Shown: piece after piece, positions 21,737 through 35,986 of the stretch
How positions within the stretch are numbered: the stretch's first letter is position 1
Layout: every line of letters starts with the position of its first letter
Notes under the pieces: model-generated
What the model was told of the DNA's origin: nothing
Seen by the model: only the letters and a program-made list of their open reading frames with translations
Database searches by the model: none
Translations under genes and position numbers: made by a program
Source of the DNA: Klebsormidium nitens
Taxonomy: Eukaryota; Plantae; Klebsormidiophyceae
Length of the DNA stretch: 64,000 nucleotides
Reading direction: 5' to 3'
Assembly (NCBI GenBank): GCA_000708835.1
Contig: DF237135.1
Coordinates: forward strand, 1-64,000

Positions 21737-24700
21737 ATGATGGAGCGGGTCTTCTCAGTTGACGACATCCTAGGGACTTTCTGGAAGTTGGACACGCAAG
21801 GGGATGGGACGCCAAAGGAGGACCACAGCAATGGGAAGCTGAGCAATGGTTTTCCATCCTCAGCCTCACTGCAGAACCTGCACGCCTTTCAGAAGATGAG
21901 CCGAAGTTCCTCGGAGTTCATGTTCCAAGAGTTTATGAAGGAGCACACAGCGGGGCTTAAGGCGGTGGATTCAGAGAGGAGCCTAGAAAAGTTTGGCTCC
22001 ATGAGAAGCCTTCCCTCCGTGGACAAGCTGGACGCATTCCTCAGTGTACCTTCAGAAAGTAAATTAGACAAATTGGAGGATGGTGGCGGGAGCAACCGAG
22101 GGGCCAAGAGCAGCCCGTTTGGCATGCCAGAGTCACCAACGGCCAGCGCTCTCAACCCTCTCTTCTCAGGACTCAAAAATGAAGCACCGCCCTCTTCAGA
22201 AGATCAGGGGTATGCAGACTACCTGCGCAATCGCCTTGTCATGGCATGCGCGGTCGCCTCAACAAGGGTAAGTATAGGGAATTGATGTCCAGGAATAGCA
22301 AATTCTGAAATTAGGCTGCCCTTGAGCTGAGGAGCTGGGTTTACTGGTGTTGCAACTTGCTATGAGCTTCTTACTGGGCTATGCCCCTTCTCATGGACAA
22401 CCTTAGCCTCTGTACTGTCTTGAGCGTTTATCCTGAACCGCGCTTTCAAATGCAAGTTCTATCAAATACCTTGCTTCTTAGCTCTGTTTTGCTCATGCGT
22501 GAGGTTGCTCATGCGTGAGGTGGCCTCCATTTCTGGTAATGGTTTCATGTCTTCACTTGCAAGCCTTTTCAAGCTTTTCTGTGTTATTTTGCATTAAGCT
22601 TCTGGCAGCTCAAGGACCCTGTCGTGTCCCTTCAGCTCACAATCTAACCCTGTTTGAGTTAGGGGCGAAATGTGCTCTTTTTGGTTTTTAAGAGCATCCT
22701 TATGAGCATTTTTAAGTCGTATGCATTTATCTTTTTCGAAAACATCGATTCATGGACAACGGCTGCAGAAGTTGGTTGTCGAGGCTTTTATGGCAGTTAT
22801 GATACCCCAAACTGGGATTGTGCCCCTTCAGCTCTTGGTTGAATCAACATTCAGTTAGGGTTTGGTGATTTTCATTGCATGACTATGCAAGCGTGTATGC
22901 AAACCAGGCGGGTATGCAAGCCAGGCATGGCCCCTGGCCCCCAGCTGAATCTACTATGACAAAGTTGGAGCACCACCAAGCTTCTTAAAATTGTAAATCG
23001 GCACTGCAAAGGCGGCGCTGCGAAAGCTCCAGGTAGCGATGTGTTTCTGGGCAAACAGCTCAAGCATGATCAATTATTGGACCCATGAAGCTAGGCACGT
23101 TTGAGTGTGCTTTTCTGTGTTTCCCGTCAGGGTTCATCTCTGAGAAATGGTGTTATCAAGCCTGACTGTTGTGCAACTAAATGATCAGCTCAATGATTGT
23201 CATCTTAGTGGGTTGGATGTTGATTATGCAGATGATCAGCAATCCGTCAAATGGAAGCGAGCAGTCTTTGCAGAATGGGACTGCAATGCCGGACTCGCCA
23301 CTTGGTAAGTGTTCAAACTGTCCTCAAGTGTAAGCTGCTGACAATTTCTTCATGCACTTGGTTCTGGAAAGTGCACAATATCTGGCCCAAAGTCTTTGCC
23401 TGTGTATGCATATGCATATCCTGCAAGCCAAGCAATCAGCCATGGAGGGCATTGCCAATCCGCAAGGGTTTGAGCTCGAGTTACAGGGCTTGTTCAACCT
23501 GCAGTGAGTCACTGGCTTATTGCAGCCTTATTGACGCGCGTTAGTGGTGCTGACCACATTTCTACTTTCTACAGGTTCTGCATCCATGTTCCCCCCCCTA
23601 CCTAACACCTCCTACCCTCCGATGTCCTTGCCCAAGCCCCCTGGTCCGCTTGGCATCCCTCACCTCCCTGCCAGGCCTATGGCCTTTGGCAAGAAGGACG
23701 CCTCGGGCCCCTCGTCGCGTGACGTCTCAGAGGCTGAGGATGACAAGGGGTGCAGGAGTGGCGATGGCAATGATTCTCAGGACGAGGACGGGAAGGATAT
23801 GGGGCCAGATGATGAGAGGAAGTACAAGAGGTGAGGACTCTTTTTGCATTTGCGTGGCGCTTGTACTTGGTTTGGCTGGTTCAAAACGCCAGCTACGTAA
23901 GCCTTGTACTAACGCCGGTGCTGATGGCCTTACTGGGTGCAGGCTTTGACGAGTTTCGCTCCTTGGCTGCCTGCAGGATGCTGTCAAACAGGGAGTCTGC
24001 GCGGCGATCGAGAAGAAGAAAACAGCAGCACCTTAGTGAGCTTGAATTGCAGGTGAGTTTTTGAGTGAGTTTTTGATTGCCCCCTTCTTCATCTCCTATG
24101 TTGGGTTTTCCATTCATTGTTGCATTGCTGCATTGTTCTCTGGTGAGGGCTTCCTATCTGGTGCCTGTCTCGTCTTGCTGGTTGGCGTGAGTCCCAACTG
24201 GTGCAGATATTTGTTCTGCTTGGGACCGCAGGTGGCGCAGTTACGGGTGGAGAACACGACTCTGATAAAGAGGTTGACAGAGATAGGGCAGAAGTACAAC
24301 GAGGCGGCAGTGGACAACAGGATACTCAAAGCAGACGTGGAGGCGCTGCGCGCCAAGGTGCGGATCATGATGCACATGACGGGGGTCCAGGACATCAACA
24401 ACCCTGATCTTGACAAAGAGAAGGTGATTGCGCTCATGAATTCCTGCTGGCAACCTGCTTGACTTCATTGAAGTATTTCGTTTCAGTTAAAAATGCACAT
24501 GCCTAAGCAGCAACTCGCCAACGATTCTTCCTTGTCAACCTGTCTTGTCATGGACAGTCTGGAGCAGCCCCTTTTTGCTGATCTAGGTGTTACCACGAGT
24601 TGCGCTGACAGCTTGGTAGCCCCTCCCGCAGGTGAAGCTGGCTGAGGAGATGGTAGCAGCTCAAGCCGCCAACCGGTTGAGCACGCGGGGTGGCCCGGCC

Positions 24701-25018
24701 TACTCGCACTCCCAGGGGTCCTCCTTCCCTCAGAACAGCAATGCTCCTAGTGAAGGGGGTCCCAACGGAAACGGCGCTGCACCCCAACATGACGGGCGGG
24801 AGGGCAGCGATACAGCCGACCACGCAGGGTCGCAGAAGGGGCTGCCGCAGCAGCAGCAGCAGCAGTTTGGGAACAAGATGGGGCGCACGCCGTCGATGCA
24901 GCGGGTGGCCTCTCTGGAGCACCTGCAAAAACGGGTGCGGAGCGGGCAGTCATGCGGGCCGTCATGGCAAACTTGGGAAGCGGATCAACAGTCCATGCGA
25001 GAGCAGACGGAGACGTGA
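21737..25018 (+). CDS. Group C bZIP transcription factor (bZIP63/Opaque2/RISBZ-like), multi-exon
   Basis: N-terminal [15 protein letters not shown] and [14 protein letters not shown]. Spliced basic/zipper region: KR|[25 protein letters not shown]|[42 protein letters not shown]|VKLAEEMV. C-terminal [22 protein letters not shown]. All are group C hallmarks. Confidence 0.92.
22489..22520. repeat. 16-bp tandem duplication in a bZIP intron
   Basis: ttgctcatgcgtgagg occurs twice in tandem. Confidence 0.8.
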
Positions 25019-25798
25019 CGCCGGGAGAGGACCGCACCAGTATAGAGGAGCCAAGAGACCAGGTAAAGTGGAGCCCTCATGTAAAAGGGCCGGCATGGTT
25101 TGCAGCTGAGCAGAGTGGATGATTAGCAATAGAGCAGCACATGTAGAGTACCGGGATGTATAGTGATCATGCAGGACAAGTGCTAGCTGAGAGCGAGGGG
25201 AGAGCGAAGGGCTTGAACGTTGAGGTTGGTGTCGATGCTAGTACACACTTGCTTGATGCATTCTTCCTCTGTAAATAGGCACATTCTTTGGAGCTGTTGG
25301 AGCTGTTGAAGTTGCCAGGGTTCAGAGAGTTTTGTACTTGGTTTTGAGTGAGGGTGAAAATGGATCCTCAGGGAATAGATCCAAATTGCAGAAACAAGAG
25401 CTGAGTAGCAACGACATTGACGAGTACAGACAGAACAGCTTATTCTTGTAGCATTGCGAGGACGCTTGAACGTTTCGCGTGTACCATGGTTATCAAACGA
25501 TTGCCGAAGGCGTTTCCTGTTGTTTCTGACATCCAGAGTCAATCGCCTTCCATTGAGTCGTAAGTATGCAAGCTTGCCTGGCGCCCCTTTGCCCTCTCAG
25601 CCAAGGCTCTTCCAATCTCCAGCAGCTTGTGGGCCGCTAAGACTTGCACATCTGAAGCATGAGCGCCACTCAATGCCATTGTTCCACTGAAGTTTTTCAT
25701 TAGATGCACTGCACATCATGCATGTGCATGTGTACGGTACTAGCTCATGTACAATGAGCTATACTGAGCCTGCTGCCTAAATAGTGGATTCGAGTTCC

Positions 25799-25814
25799 AA
25801 GGCCTTAAGGCCTT
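25799..25814. repeat. Perfect 16-bp palindrome in a convergent intergenic region
   Basis: aaggccttaaggcctt is its own reverse complement. Confidence 0.8.
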
Positions 25815-26225
25815 AACAATTGTTGCAAGTCATGTGCATCATGCATGATCGCTTATACGTGGTACCCGGCGCGTCTGAGCTTGCTTGCATGATTGATTTT
25901 TAAGATTGCTGGCACTCATATTTATACATGCCACGCGCTCTGGTTGTGGTCATAGAACTTTGAGGCATGGCATTCGAAGAATTCATTTATACCCAGGAAA
26001 ATCGTTGTGCGTGCAGTGAACGTTAGCCTTGCAACATGGCATCGGACGATGTTCTCTTTTCGATACGGAGTTGATCCATGAGACTTCGCACGTTTTGAAG
26101 AGTCGTTTGTGAGCAGTATGCTGGACGAATTGGCCTTCGGTCTGATGCAGTATAGCGTTTCACCGGTCAGTGAAAAGATCCATTTCCAGGTACGGCGTTC
26201 GTAACTAGAGCAGTGTCAGATACTG

Positions 26226-29200
26226 TCAACCTGGTTCTTGCTCAGAAGCGAACCCTGGCGGCCCTCTATCGACGTCAACATCCCCGTCCTCAGGCACACT
26301 ATTTAGATCGAATGCCCACTGCCTTTTGGCCGCACTGGCATTCAATGGAAAAGCTCCAGCCGCTGTGCCTGACTTGGTCGAGGCCTTTCCCGGCCTCTCT
26401 TCCTGGCTAGTGACTCTGGCTTCAGCTTTACCTCCACCACCAGATGTCCCGATCAAGTCCCCTGTGTTCCAAAGGTGTGCTGACGGGTCGCTCGCTGCTT
26501 GCGGTCTACCCCGCATCCGGGGGGCCTCGAGAGGACCCACCCCGCCCCCCTGATCTCGGTCGACGTGCTGCTTCCAGCCCTTCTTCTGCTTCTTGCTCGG
26601 CTTCGCTCGTCCCAGGCCCGCTTTGCCCTGCTGCTGATCTAGCCGCGCCAGTTGCGCTGCTGGAGGGGGGCCGCCGTTAGCCGACGGCTCTCGCAGACCC
26701 GGCAGGTCCGCAGGGGCCGGAAAGCCCCCTCCCCCCAACTGCGTCCCCATCGCCCCGCGGCCGAGCCTTGGTAACGTCGGGCCATTTGGAGGGGGACCCG
26801 CACCAGTATCGACTACCTGACCTCCTAAGCGCGCGTCTCCTGTCTGCAGTATGAAGTCGCCGGCAAGATGACTGGCCGGGAATCCAGGTGGGCCCCCAGC
26901 ACCGGACGCTGACCGCGGCAGCTGCCCGTTCGGGAACCCGGGCGCAAACGGCTGGCCACCATACGCACCAGGCTGTGCTAATCGGAAACAAGGGGGTGCG
27001 GGAGGCTGCGCAACGGCACCGCTCGGTTTACTATGTTTAAGGGCAACCTGGGGTCCAAAACCTCCGAACTGGGGCCTACTTTGGCCCGGGTTATCCTTCT
27101 CTGCCTGATGAGGGGTTCCGCTGCGACTGGCTACAACAGAATCTTGGCGGGGGACTCCTCCGCTGGCCCCCCGGAATCTGTCTACAGACGGCTGTGCAGC
27201 AGCGGCCCCTGTGCCTCTAAGTCGGACAGTGTGCGCGTGCAGTCCCTTCTCGACCGCATCCCACCGGACGCTGTCCAGCTGGCGCAGGTCCACCCCGAGG
27301 GCCGTCAGCGCCATGCGCGCTGCTTCCATTGACGAACGCTGCCCCGCCCCCTCCAGAGCGGGGGTCGGTTCCCTGCCTGACGCATCGGCTCTCTGGCCGT
27401 CCCTCGAAGCTTCTACCGTTGCCGGTCCATCTTTCGGGTCGCCCCCTGGCGTTGGAGAAGGCGGCCTGAACCTAAGCGCCAGGGAGGCTATTTCAGCATG
27501 TAGGTTAGCTTTCGGGGGCGCTGTACTAGGGGGCAGGTTCGGCAGCCCCGGGTTTGACGATTTGGGCACCGAGCGGCCCAACGCCGCTCTCCGAGGGTCC
27601 CGGGACGGAAGGCTCCGCCGTGCTTCCGCCCCCGGGGGAGCTCCGTCCCCTAGACTAGTAGGCATCCCCATTGTCCCGTTGACGTGGGCTTGTAAACCCC
27701 GCATCTGTGCCTCCGTCCTCCCGATGACCGACGCACCCCGCTCCGACTCGACCCTGCCGCTCTGCCCCGGAACGCCCTCTAATCCCCTTCCGCTGACGTC
27801 AGCAAGTTCCCCGCCTGCTTGCACAGTAAGCGGGGCTCCCTTGCCCTTAGGCGACAATGCTTTTTGACGCTTCCTTCCCGGTGGAAGCGCTGACATGCCC
27901 GGGGGTTCCGACGGGCCCTGTCCTGGAGGTCCTATCTGCTCGCTTACTTGGAGGGCCCTGATCTGGTCGAAGATGTGAGGCGGAAACAGGGCCTCGGGAT
28001 TTGAGGCGTCCACGTAGAAGCCCCGCTCCTTAGCATCCCGAATGAGGGCCTCCCAGTCGGGGTTGCGGCTAAGAGAAGAAGCATTGCCAAGGATCTGCAC
28101 AACGAAAAGAGGTGGTCATTATCAAATGATTCGTGGTCTTTTATTGGTTACTTCACCTGCACGACACAAATCAAACAGCTGAAGTTGTAGATGTCTGAAG
28201 TCAGGTCTTCAACTTTGGGCATAACCGGGGCCACTGGCCGGGAAGGAAGCAGGATCAGCTGCTGCCGCAGACTACCATAACAGCACACAAGGCATGAAAA
28301 ACCTATAGCCTTCCGGATGCAAGCCCCGGGACTACTGGTCATTGCGGGAGGCAAACGCAGCTAACAAACACTTCAAGTAAAGAACGGCCCAGCAAGGACT
28401 TCCTGCTCACCCAGAGTGCCCGGCGCGCCCGCGTAAGCGCCACGTTCATCCTGCGCACGTCGGCCACGAAGCCGACTCCCCCCTTGGGCGATGCGCGCAC
28501 GCAGCTCAGGATGACGATGTCGCGCTCCTGGCCCTGGTACGCGTCCACCGTGTTGATCGTAATCGACGCGCCCTCCTTGCTGATGTCAGCCACGATCGGG
28601 TCGAACGCGCGCTTGAGCGCGGCGGACTGCTGCTTGTAGGGAGTGATGGCGCCCACCTGGCGAAAGATTAAATGTATTTTAGCAATAGACAATTGTAGAA
28701 ACCGTTTCAAAGTCCTCTTTCCTACGGCGAATATGCGGAGAAGGACTGTCTTCGACCAGATGCAGACTTGTCATTCTTTGGATCTTTCGCACCTGTCAAG
28801 GTCCTGGCGTTACGAGTTTTAGTCGTTGAGACTGCTTGGTTCGAATCAATCGACGCCTCAATTGTCTTTTGCCTCTACCTTCTGCAGAGCAGCTGACAGA
28901 CTGACCATTCAACAACAAAAAACACAAAGAACACGAGTTAAGGAACTGAGTCACGCTACTAGTCTCACCGACAGCCGTGGGAGCGCTCCCGGCGGCAGGC
29001 TTGCCCGAAAGTGACTGTACAGCAGCACCGCGAAGTCTGCCTCGAGCTTGTTCTGCAGCGACATGCTCCGCCCGCCCTGCCTCTCCTGTCCCTTCGACAC
29101 GTCGAAGAAGATGTACCTGCACCGGAGATGATGCGATTGGATAGTGAGCATTACACGGGACGAATACTACGATATGCATGAGAAAAATAAGTGTTTGGAA

Positions 29201-32200
29201 GCTCCTGTCTTGATTGACGAAGCCCTTTCAGCAGAAAATTACAGGTGTACTGACAAGTTGGAAAGAGCTGCCGTGTCGGAATCCGCTCCCACCAACCGGT
29301 CGAAGCGGCCTGGCAATCTCGCAGTTCAGCGCACGAACAAAGGGGGAAACAACATGCTCGCAGCCCCTTGATCTCACACAACCTCTACTGTAGAACCCAT
29401 ATAGTGTCCACATAAAGAGGCATGAAACGAACCGTAGCGGAATTGACTTGGGATCTGTCGTTCCCCTACAGTAAAACGTCTTGAGAGTTCAGATACTTAC
29501 GGCCGCAGCAGGTGGTCTCGGTGGTACGGCTCCTCCGGCCGCCCCATGACCGACTCGTCGTCTGTGAGGCGTCCCTCGTAGAAGAAGCGGCTCGGAAACT
29601 CACGGATGACGGGATGCATCCGATACTGCAACGACGACAGTCTCCGCTTCAGCAGCCACATGAGGTTCAAACCGGCAGCACGAGATATTACACTTTAGAC
29701 GTGTTACTTCGACGACCTTTGAATGGTTCGAGGTCCAGTCCTTCTTCCGGATGGACTGAAGAGCGTCATGCATGACGATGCAAGTGACAGAACTCGACTG
29801 CGATCACGGGCAGCAGACCAGACTCCTCGTTACAACTTGCTTCTGCGCGAAGCCTTCCCTACTCATGAAGTCATCCGGATAGTAAGCAGCGCACCTGCTG
29901 CGTAAGCATGAGAGCGGGGCAGCCGGCGAGCTGGAAGCGCTCGAAGAGGCTGCGGCTGAAGAGCATGGTCTGCGCCTCCTGGCTGATCACCGTGGCCGGC
30001 AGCTGCTGCGGGTCGCCCACCAGAATACACCGGTTGCACCCCAGCCGCAGCGGCGGCAGGATCGCCATCTCGGACGCCTGCAGATTCGAGCGTCCGCAAT
30101 CAGTCCCGACGTCCGAATCGAAAGTGTGCGCTGATGGTGCCTAGCCTCCAGACCCTTCCCCACCGGTTCTCGCCTCTCCCTCTCACCAAGCGGAGCCGGC
30201 ATCTGTTGAAAAGGATGTTAGGGGTGCACGCCGCAGAGCCAGATGCAGCAATCGGTGTGAAATTGCCTGTGACTTTTCGAGATTACCCGGGGACTTACCA
30301 ATGGGGGCGGTGGGCTCTGGCAGAGGACGCAACCGTCGTGACCAAGTCCCGGGGAGGCAGTCCCGCCAACCCCCCGCCGCTGTGAGCCTGAGTGCCAGGC
30401 TTGACCGCCTGCTCCAAGCAGGCAGCGGGCTCAGAAGCGCGCGGGCCCCTTGGTGCAAGATCGTGAAATTCCTTTGATTTCAAATCTCGTTTCCGAAACC
30501 AAACTTGCAACTTGTCACAACATGCCTAAACGCAACGGGAAGGGCTAGAACGAGGGGCCAAAGAAGGTTGAAAGGGCGCCAGACTTGCCTGCTTGTCCTG
30601 GCGACGCAAAGTAAGTGGACTTTATGGAAAGCTGGGTCTACGAGTCTGCAGATTGCACTTTGGGAGCCAACTTCAACGCTTCTCGGTCGCTTGCATACCG
30701 AGCGCCGCGCTCACCTGCGCCGCCTCGTCAATGACGACGGTGTCAAACCCGTGGCCGAGCCGCTCAAAGATCTCGCGCCCACTGCTGGAGAGCGTGGTGA
30801 ACACAATCTCCGCCTCGCGCGCAAACGACGTCTCCAGCTGCCGCCGCAGCTGGCCCTCCGTGCGCTGGTAGCCCCCCCCCGGCCGATACTTCTCGCCCAC
30901 GATCAACAGCCGCTCCAATTCCACCAACAACTGTGCACACCCAAAGAACGAAATCTTGAGTCTAGTTGTCTATCGACAGGCAATGAGTTCAGATACTCAC
31001 ACAAGATCGAACCCGGTTTATCCTGACAATTTCTGACTCAAAACGAGGAAGGCAATCATTGTGCACGACGGTCGTCGCAACATCATAGACCAGAAAAGAC
31101 TCAGATCGAGCTGCTAGAAAGACAAAGGCGCTCGTATCCCAAAGTATCCCGTTTCCGTCGTGTACACAAAAGAATCCGCCCAGACGCGCCACACCTTGTC
31201 GTGCTGTTCCCGCAGCGCCGCCAGCTCTTGCAGCTTGGCGTCCCTCTCCTTGTCCATGTTCGCTAGCTGCTCCGGGTCCACTCCAATGGCCCCCCCTCGG
31301 CTGCTGGCAGCGCGCGCGGCCAGCTCCTTCTGCACGATGGACAGGCGGTACCGCAGCGCCTGCTCGTCGCGCTGCAGCTGCTGCACCCACTTGTGCACAT
31401 CCTCTGCCTTCATCGACAGCAGCTGGAACAACGAGACACGGGAGGATTTCAGTATCTACGGCCCTTGTGTTGAGTTCAGTGGACGACAAGGACAGACCTT
31501 GAAGCGGAGTTGATCGGCATTGCAAAAGACGTCTGATCAGACCTCAAAAAAGGGGGAACGCTAGGGAATTTCTGATGGCGATCTGCAAGAAGTTCGCAGG
31601 TTTGCCTCCAAACGGAAGTCGCGCAAGGCAGATTTTGCGGCGGGATCCAGCAGAATGACGTCGACCTAGCATCAGGCAGCTTCGTGAGATAGGCGTTGCC
31701 AGCGAGCACCAAGGCCCATCGGGCAGTTTGGACTTCGATCTGATTGGCTCCGCAAACGTATCGAGAAAATCAGACGAACCAGCCTGTACATCTCAAGGTT
31801 CCGCCAAACTTATAAAGCCGAGCTTACCTGGTTGGCCCGCCTCTCCACACTGACCGCCTGCGCCGCCGGCGACCCGAAGTCGAGTCCCACTCTCGCCACG
31901 TTCGGCTTGTAGCTGCGCAGCTCCCCGTCGATGAACCCGCGGTCCAAAACCCTGGCGAGGAGCTCGTCCGTGGCGGCGTTAGACGGCGCGCAGACAAGCA
32001 GGCGCGGCTTGGGCGACAGCTGCGGGAGGATGCGCTTCAGGCTGGCGTCCATGCTGCTGAGGATGGAGTCGAGGCTGCCGTCGGAGGGGGAAGGCGGCCG
32101 CGACTTGGGCTTCTCGGAGGGGTCCTCCTCGGAGGCGACAGCGGAGGGGGCTAGCTTCTGGAGGAGCGACGCAAAGTAGCGCTGGTACTGGACCTGCGGG

Positions 32201-35200
32201 CGAAGCGTGCCAGGGGGATCGGAAAGTGGCCCTGACATGCCTTTCTTACTGATAATAGGGACGAGTTGGAGGGTAAAACGGCCCAGATCAAGTTCGTGAC
32301 ATCGACCAAAAAAGATGAAGATGGACCGAGGAAGCCGTAGGAAACTACGGAGTATCCGAAACAACTTCGAGGAACGGGTTGAGCTCGTCCAATATCTTTC
32401 TAGCCTTGGTTGGAGCAACGGACATTCCTTTTGCCTTGCAACATAGTTGCAACATGAACGGTCCAATAAAGCGAGTCCGGATGGGGAGATGCACAAACGC
32501 CACCATGCGCAAGCGCTTGTATGTCGTCCAGATCTGTGGAAAACGTGCTCGGCGTCGATACCACGGTCGATCCGGATTCTGGATGCATCATTTACTCACG
32601 AGGTGGACGACGTTCAGGATGCCCCACACGGTGTGCGTCTTCCCCGTCCCTGGGGGCCCCTGAATGAGCGTGAACGGCCAGACTTCCTCCCCTCCCGAAG
32701 CAGCCTGCGAACTTTTGCCTCGAGCGCTCGCCGCGACGTGAGCCGCTGACCACTTGATGGAAGCCAGCTGAGGGGGGTTGAAAGAGCGCTGCAAGGGAAT
32801 ACAAGCGCAAATTCAGCCTTTTTGAACTGCGAAACGCGAATTGAGAACGAAGGACATTGCCATCGACAATCCTATCCAAGCGCAAACGTTTCCTTCTCTG
32901 CTCCGAAGAGAAGCCCTGGGTCGCATGTATGACTCTGCCCCATAACTCCCACTCCAGATCTACCGTCTGAAACACCCACGTAGAGTCCAACAGAGTTGCT
33001 CTGCCGACAGAAACTTCCTGAAAAGCACCGGCCAGTCCATACCTGCAGATGCTCGGAGAAAGCGGCGGTGAGCCATCCGGCCAGCGGGGGCGCCTCCTGC
33101 TCGGTGTACTTGGGGAACAGCTCCTGCTTCGGCTTCAGGATGGCGGCCTTCATGAGCCCCTGGAAGTGGCGGATGCTGTGCAGGCCCTCGTACTCGCGCT
33201 GGTTCGTCACCAGGTTGCTCAGGGGGGTGAACCACCACGTGGCACTCTCCTTCTTCAGCAGATCCAGCACCGCGTCCGGGCCAGTCCCCGTACCGGCGTC
33301 TTTGCTGTTCCTGCAAATCAGATGCCAGGGGCGTCAGCAGAGAAGAGGTTTGCGGAGACCTTTAACCACCGCTAAGAACTGCAGGTCGCAATTATCGAGC
33401 TTGCAATCCTTTTCGCCAACTTTATACTGTGCGGGAACTCCGACTTGACTATATCGAACAACTAATGCTTCATGCCAATTGACGTACACATGGAACCACT
33501 GAACCTCTAACACCGTCAACTCAACCAAAGCACCAACTCTCAAGACCGCTGCCACTCACCCCGTTCGGCCCTTGTCTGCGTACACTCTGACGACCACCCA
33601 GTCTGCGTCCCCTCTCAGCTCCCCCTGCACATATTTTGTCACCACCCCGGCAACCCGCAACTGGTTGCTTTCTGGCTCCTCCTTCTCCTGGTCAGACCTC
33701 TGCATGCCTCTGCGCCGGTCTATCAGGTCCGGCTTGGCTGGTGTGAGCACCGCCACAGCGCCCTCCCTGAACTGCAGGTTGCTGGCGTCCTTCTTCATGC
33801 CCAGCCGGATGGTGGGGTTGCGCAGCGTCAGCCGCACGTCATGCCCGCCTGCAGGAGGATATGCTTCTTGTTTTCTTAAGTCTCTCAAGTGTGACTGCCA
33901 AGCTGGGTGGGGTGTGAAACCTGTGAGTAGTCACCTAAAGTACAATCTGACTTGGCATCCCTCAAGATGTCACTCCTTGTCACACCACTTGTTGAGACAA
34001 GAAAGGTACAGTGGACGTGACGTTTCCGGTTCTGCACATGTTGCCGGCACTTGCCCTGGAATCTAGACCTTTTGTCCACAAAACTCCTCCTGCCAGAAGT
34101 CAACACCGTATGTTGGTACGGGGCAATCAGTCAATGCTTTGCTCTGGTTTCCCATACAACCCAGTCCTCAACCCCTGCAAGATTGAATGCAATCGGGCAA
34201 ACAATCCATAAGAGACTGGTTGCATATTTAAGCAAGCCCTGCGCAGGATCTGACTTGAAATAAACGCATTAAAATCTGAAGGCCTCACCAGTTTCGTACG
34301 TCTCCACGCCAGTAACAATGACCTCGTAGTGGTTCTTGCTTCCATCACACACCTCCTGCCACTCTTGTCTCAACTCGGCCCGGCACTCCGCAAATACAAA
34401 CGGCTCGAATGCAGCAATATAGGCGTCCACCGAAGAGAAGTCTTCAGGCACCGGCTTCAACTCGCCTTCCTCTACAAAAGCAGGAAGGCATACTGGTCAA
34501 AAACCCTTTTCCGATGCAAAGTGTTTCAAGCTGCCAGGAAAGCAAACCTCAAATATTCACTATCACGCAATCACAAAGTTAGACGAGAACATCTTCAGGC
34601 TGCCCTGCTCAAAGCAAGATCCACTTCTGCCACGTGTTTGTAGCCCCCCTCACCTGGGGGGTCCCAAAGCTTCTGGCAGGTTGCTTCCTTCTGCAACCTT
34701 TCAAGCATTGGCGATGCCTTTGGGGCAGCGCTGGCCCGCTTCCCCGGATGCTGCCAAACATGAGGTTTCTGCACGAACTCCTGCCGAACTCCTGGGTAAC
34801 TAGGACCGGCTTCCTTTCCGGGTCTCTGGCTCCCTAAGCCCTGCAATGGTGGTTTCAGCTGTGGGCGAGGAGCGCTTTCCCTGTTGTTTGACCTGCTGGA
34901 GCCTTCACCACTCTGGAAGGCCCCTCCTGCAGGAGAGTTAACTTGAGGAGCGTTTTGCACGACTCTCTGATTGGCTTGGGAGGGCAGCCAGCCAGGGTGC
35001 GGCAAGTTGCCAAAGGGAGGCCGGGGTTGAGCTCCAGGGGGAGCAAACTGAGGGCGGGCCAGAGGCCGCTGGAGGCCAGGCTGTCCCCCTACCGGCCTCA
35101 CGGCTCCGGCCACCAGCGGCTGAGTAGTTCTGGAGGACGGCACGCCTGAAGAAGGCTCCTGGCTTAAGGTGGAAATGTCTGGCGGAGCTGCGGTGGACGC

Positions 35201-35368
35201 GGCCTGGGAGCTCCTGCCCAAATCATCCTGGTCAGCGGCAGCTTTAGGGCCCCGCTCTGCAAAATCGCTCGGTGCTTGGCTGACAGATGGCCCGCTTGGC
35301 TTGGCTCGCTTCGGCTGGAGGTCTTCATGGTCAATCAGGATGATCTTGCGGGACTTTTTTGCTGCCAT
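26226..35368 (-). CDS. SEN1/UPF1-like superfamily 1 helicase (plant At4g30100/At2g19120-type) with a long low-complexity C-terminal tail, multi-exon
   Basis: Motifs seen: PEDFSSVDAYIAAFEPFVFAECRAEL; Walker A WPFTLIQGPPGTGKTHTVWGILNVVHLV; LLVCAPSNAATDELL; FDTVVIDEAAQ; ILVGDPQQLPATV; SLFERF; QYRMHPVIREFPSRFFYEGRL; VGAITPYKQQ; NTVDAYQGQERD; RMNVALTRARRALW|ILGNA. The final exon is ~620 aa and Pro/Gly/Ala-rich. Confidence 0.9.
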
Positions 35369-35986
35369 GACTAAGCGTTTTTAGCTTGTACCACTACCAC
35401 ATGTGCTCACAGCCATCTCCGGGGGTGCAGAAGTGCTGAAATGAAGCTGCAGGCATGCACTCTGGTCCTATTACCATATCAGATTTCTAAAGTCACTGTC
35501 TGCGGACTCTTCTCAAAAGTACAGATGCCAAGAATCAAACATCAAGGAGGACAACCTTTGAAGCAGAAGATCCTGGATTCACCATCAAACCTTCCTGCAA
35601 AGATGGCGTTACGTCTTGCCTTCGTATGGTATCATTACGAAAGGAAGGATGATGCTTATCTCCAGTCAGCTGTGGGGTGAGAAGCAAAATTGCCTGGAGA
35701 AGAGAGCCATATGCCAATGGCATGGGGTACTTTTGAAATCAGGAAAAAACAGAGTGCAGCCATTCTCCTTGTTTCCGCCAGTGCGCTCTGCGAGCACATC
35801 ATGCAGCCAGCTGGGTACCACATGGCAACTTGGAGAAAGAAGGCATTTACCTTCTCTGACCGGTCACGTGCACGATCTACCGGGGAAGCTACACAAGCTA
35901 TCTCCAGCGAACGCTTTCTCGGTGCAAGGCTACCGGCCGTGCACATGTTGGGAGCTCAGCCTCTAGCTCCACAAATTGGTTCTTCC

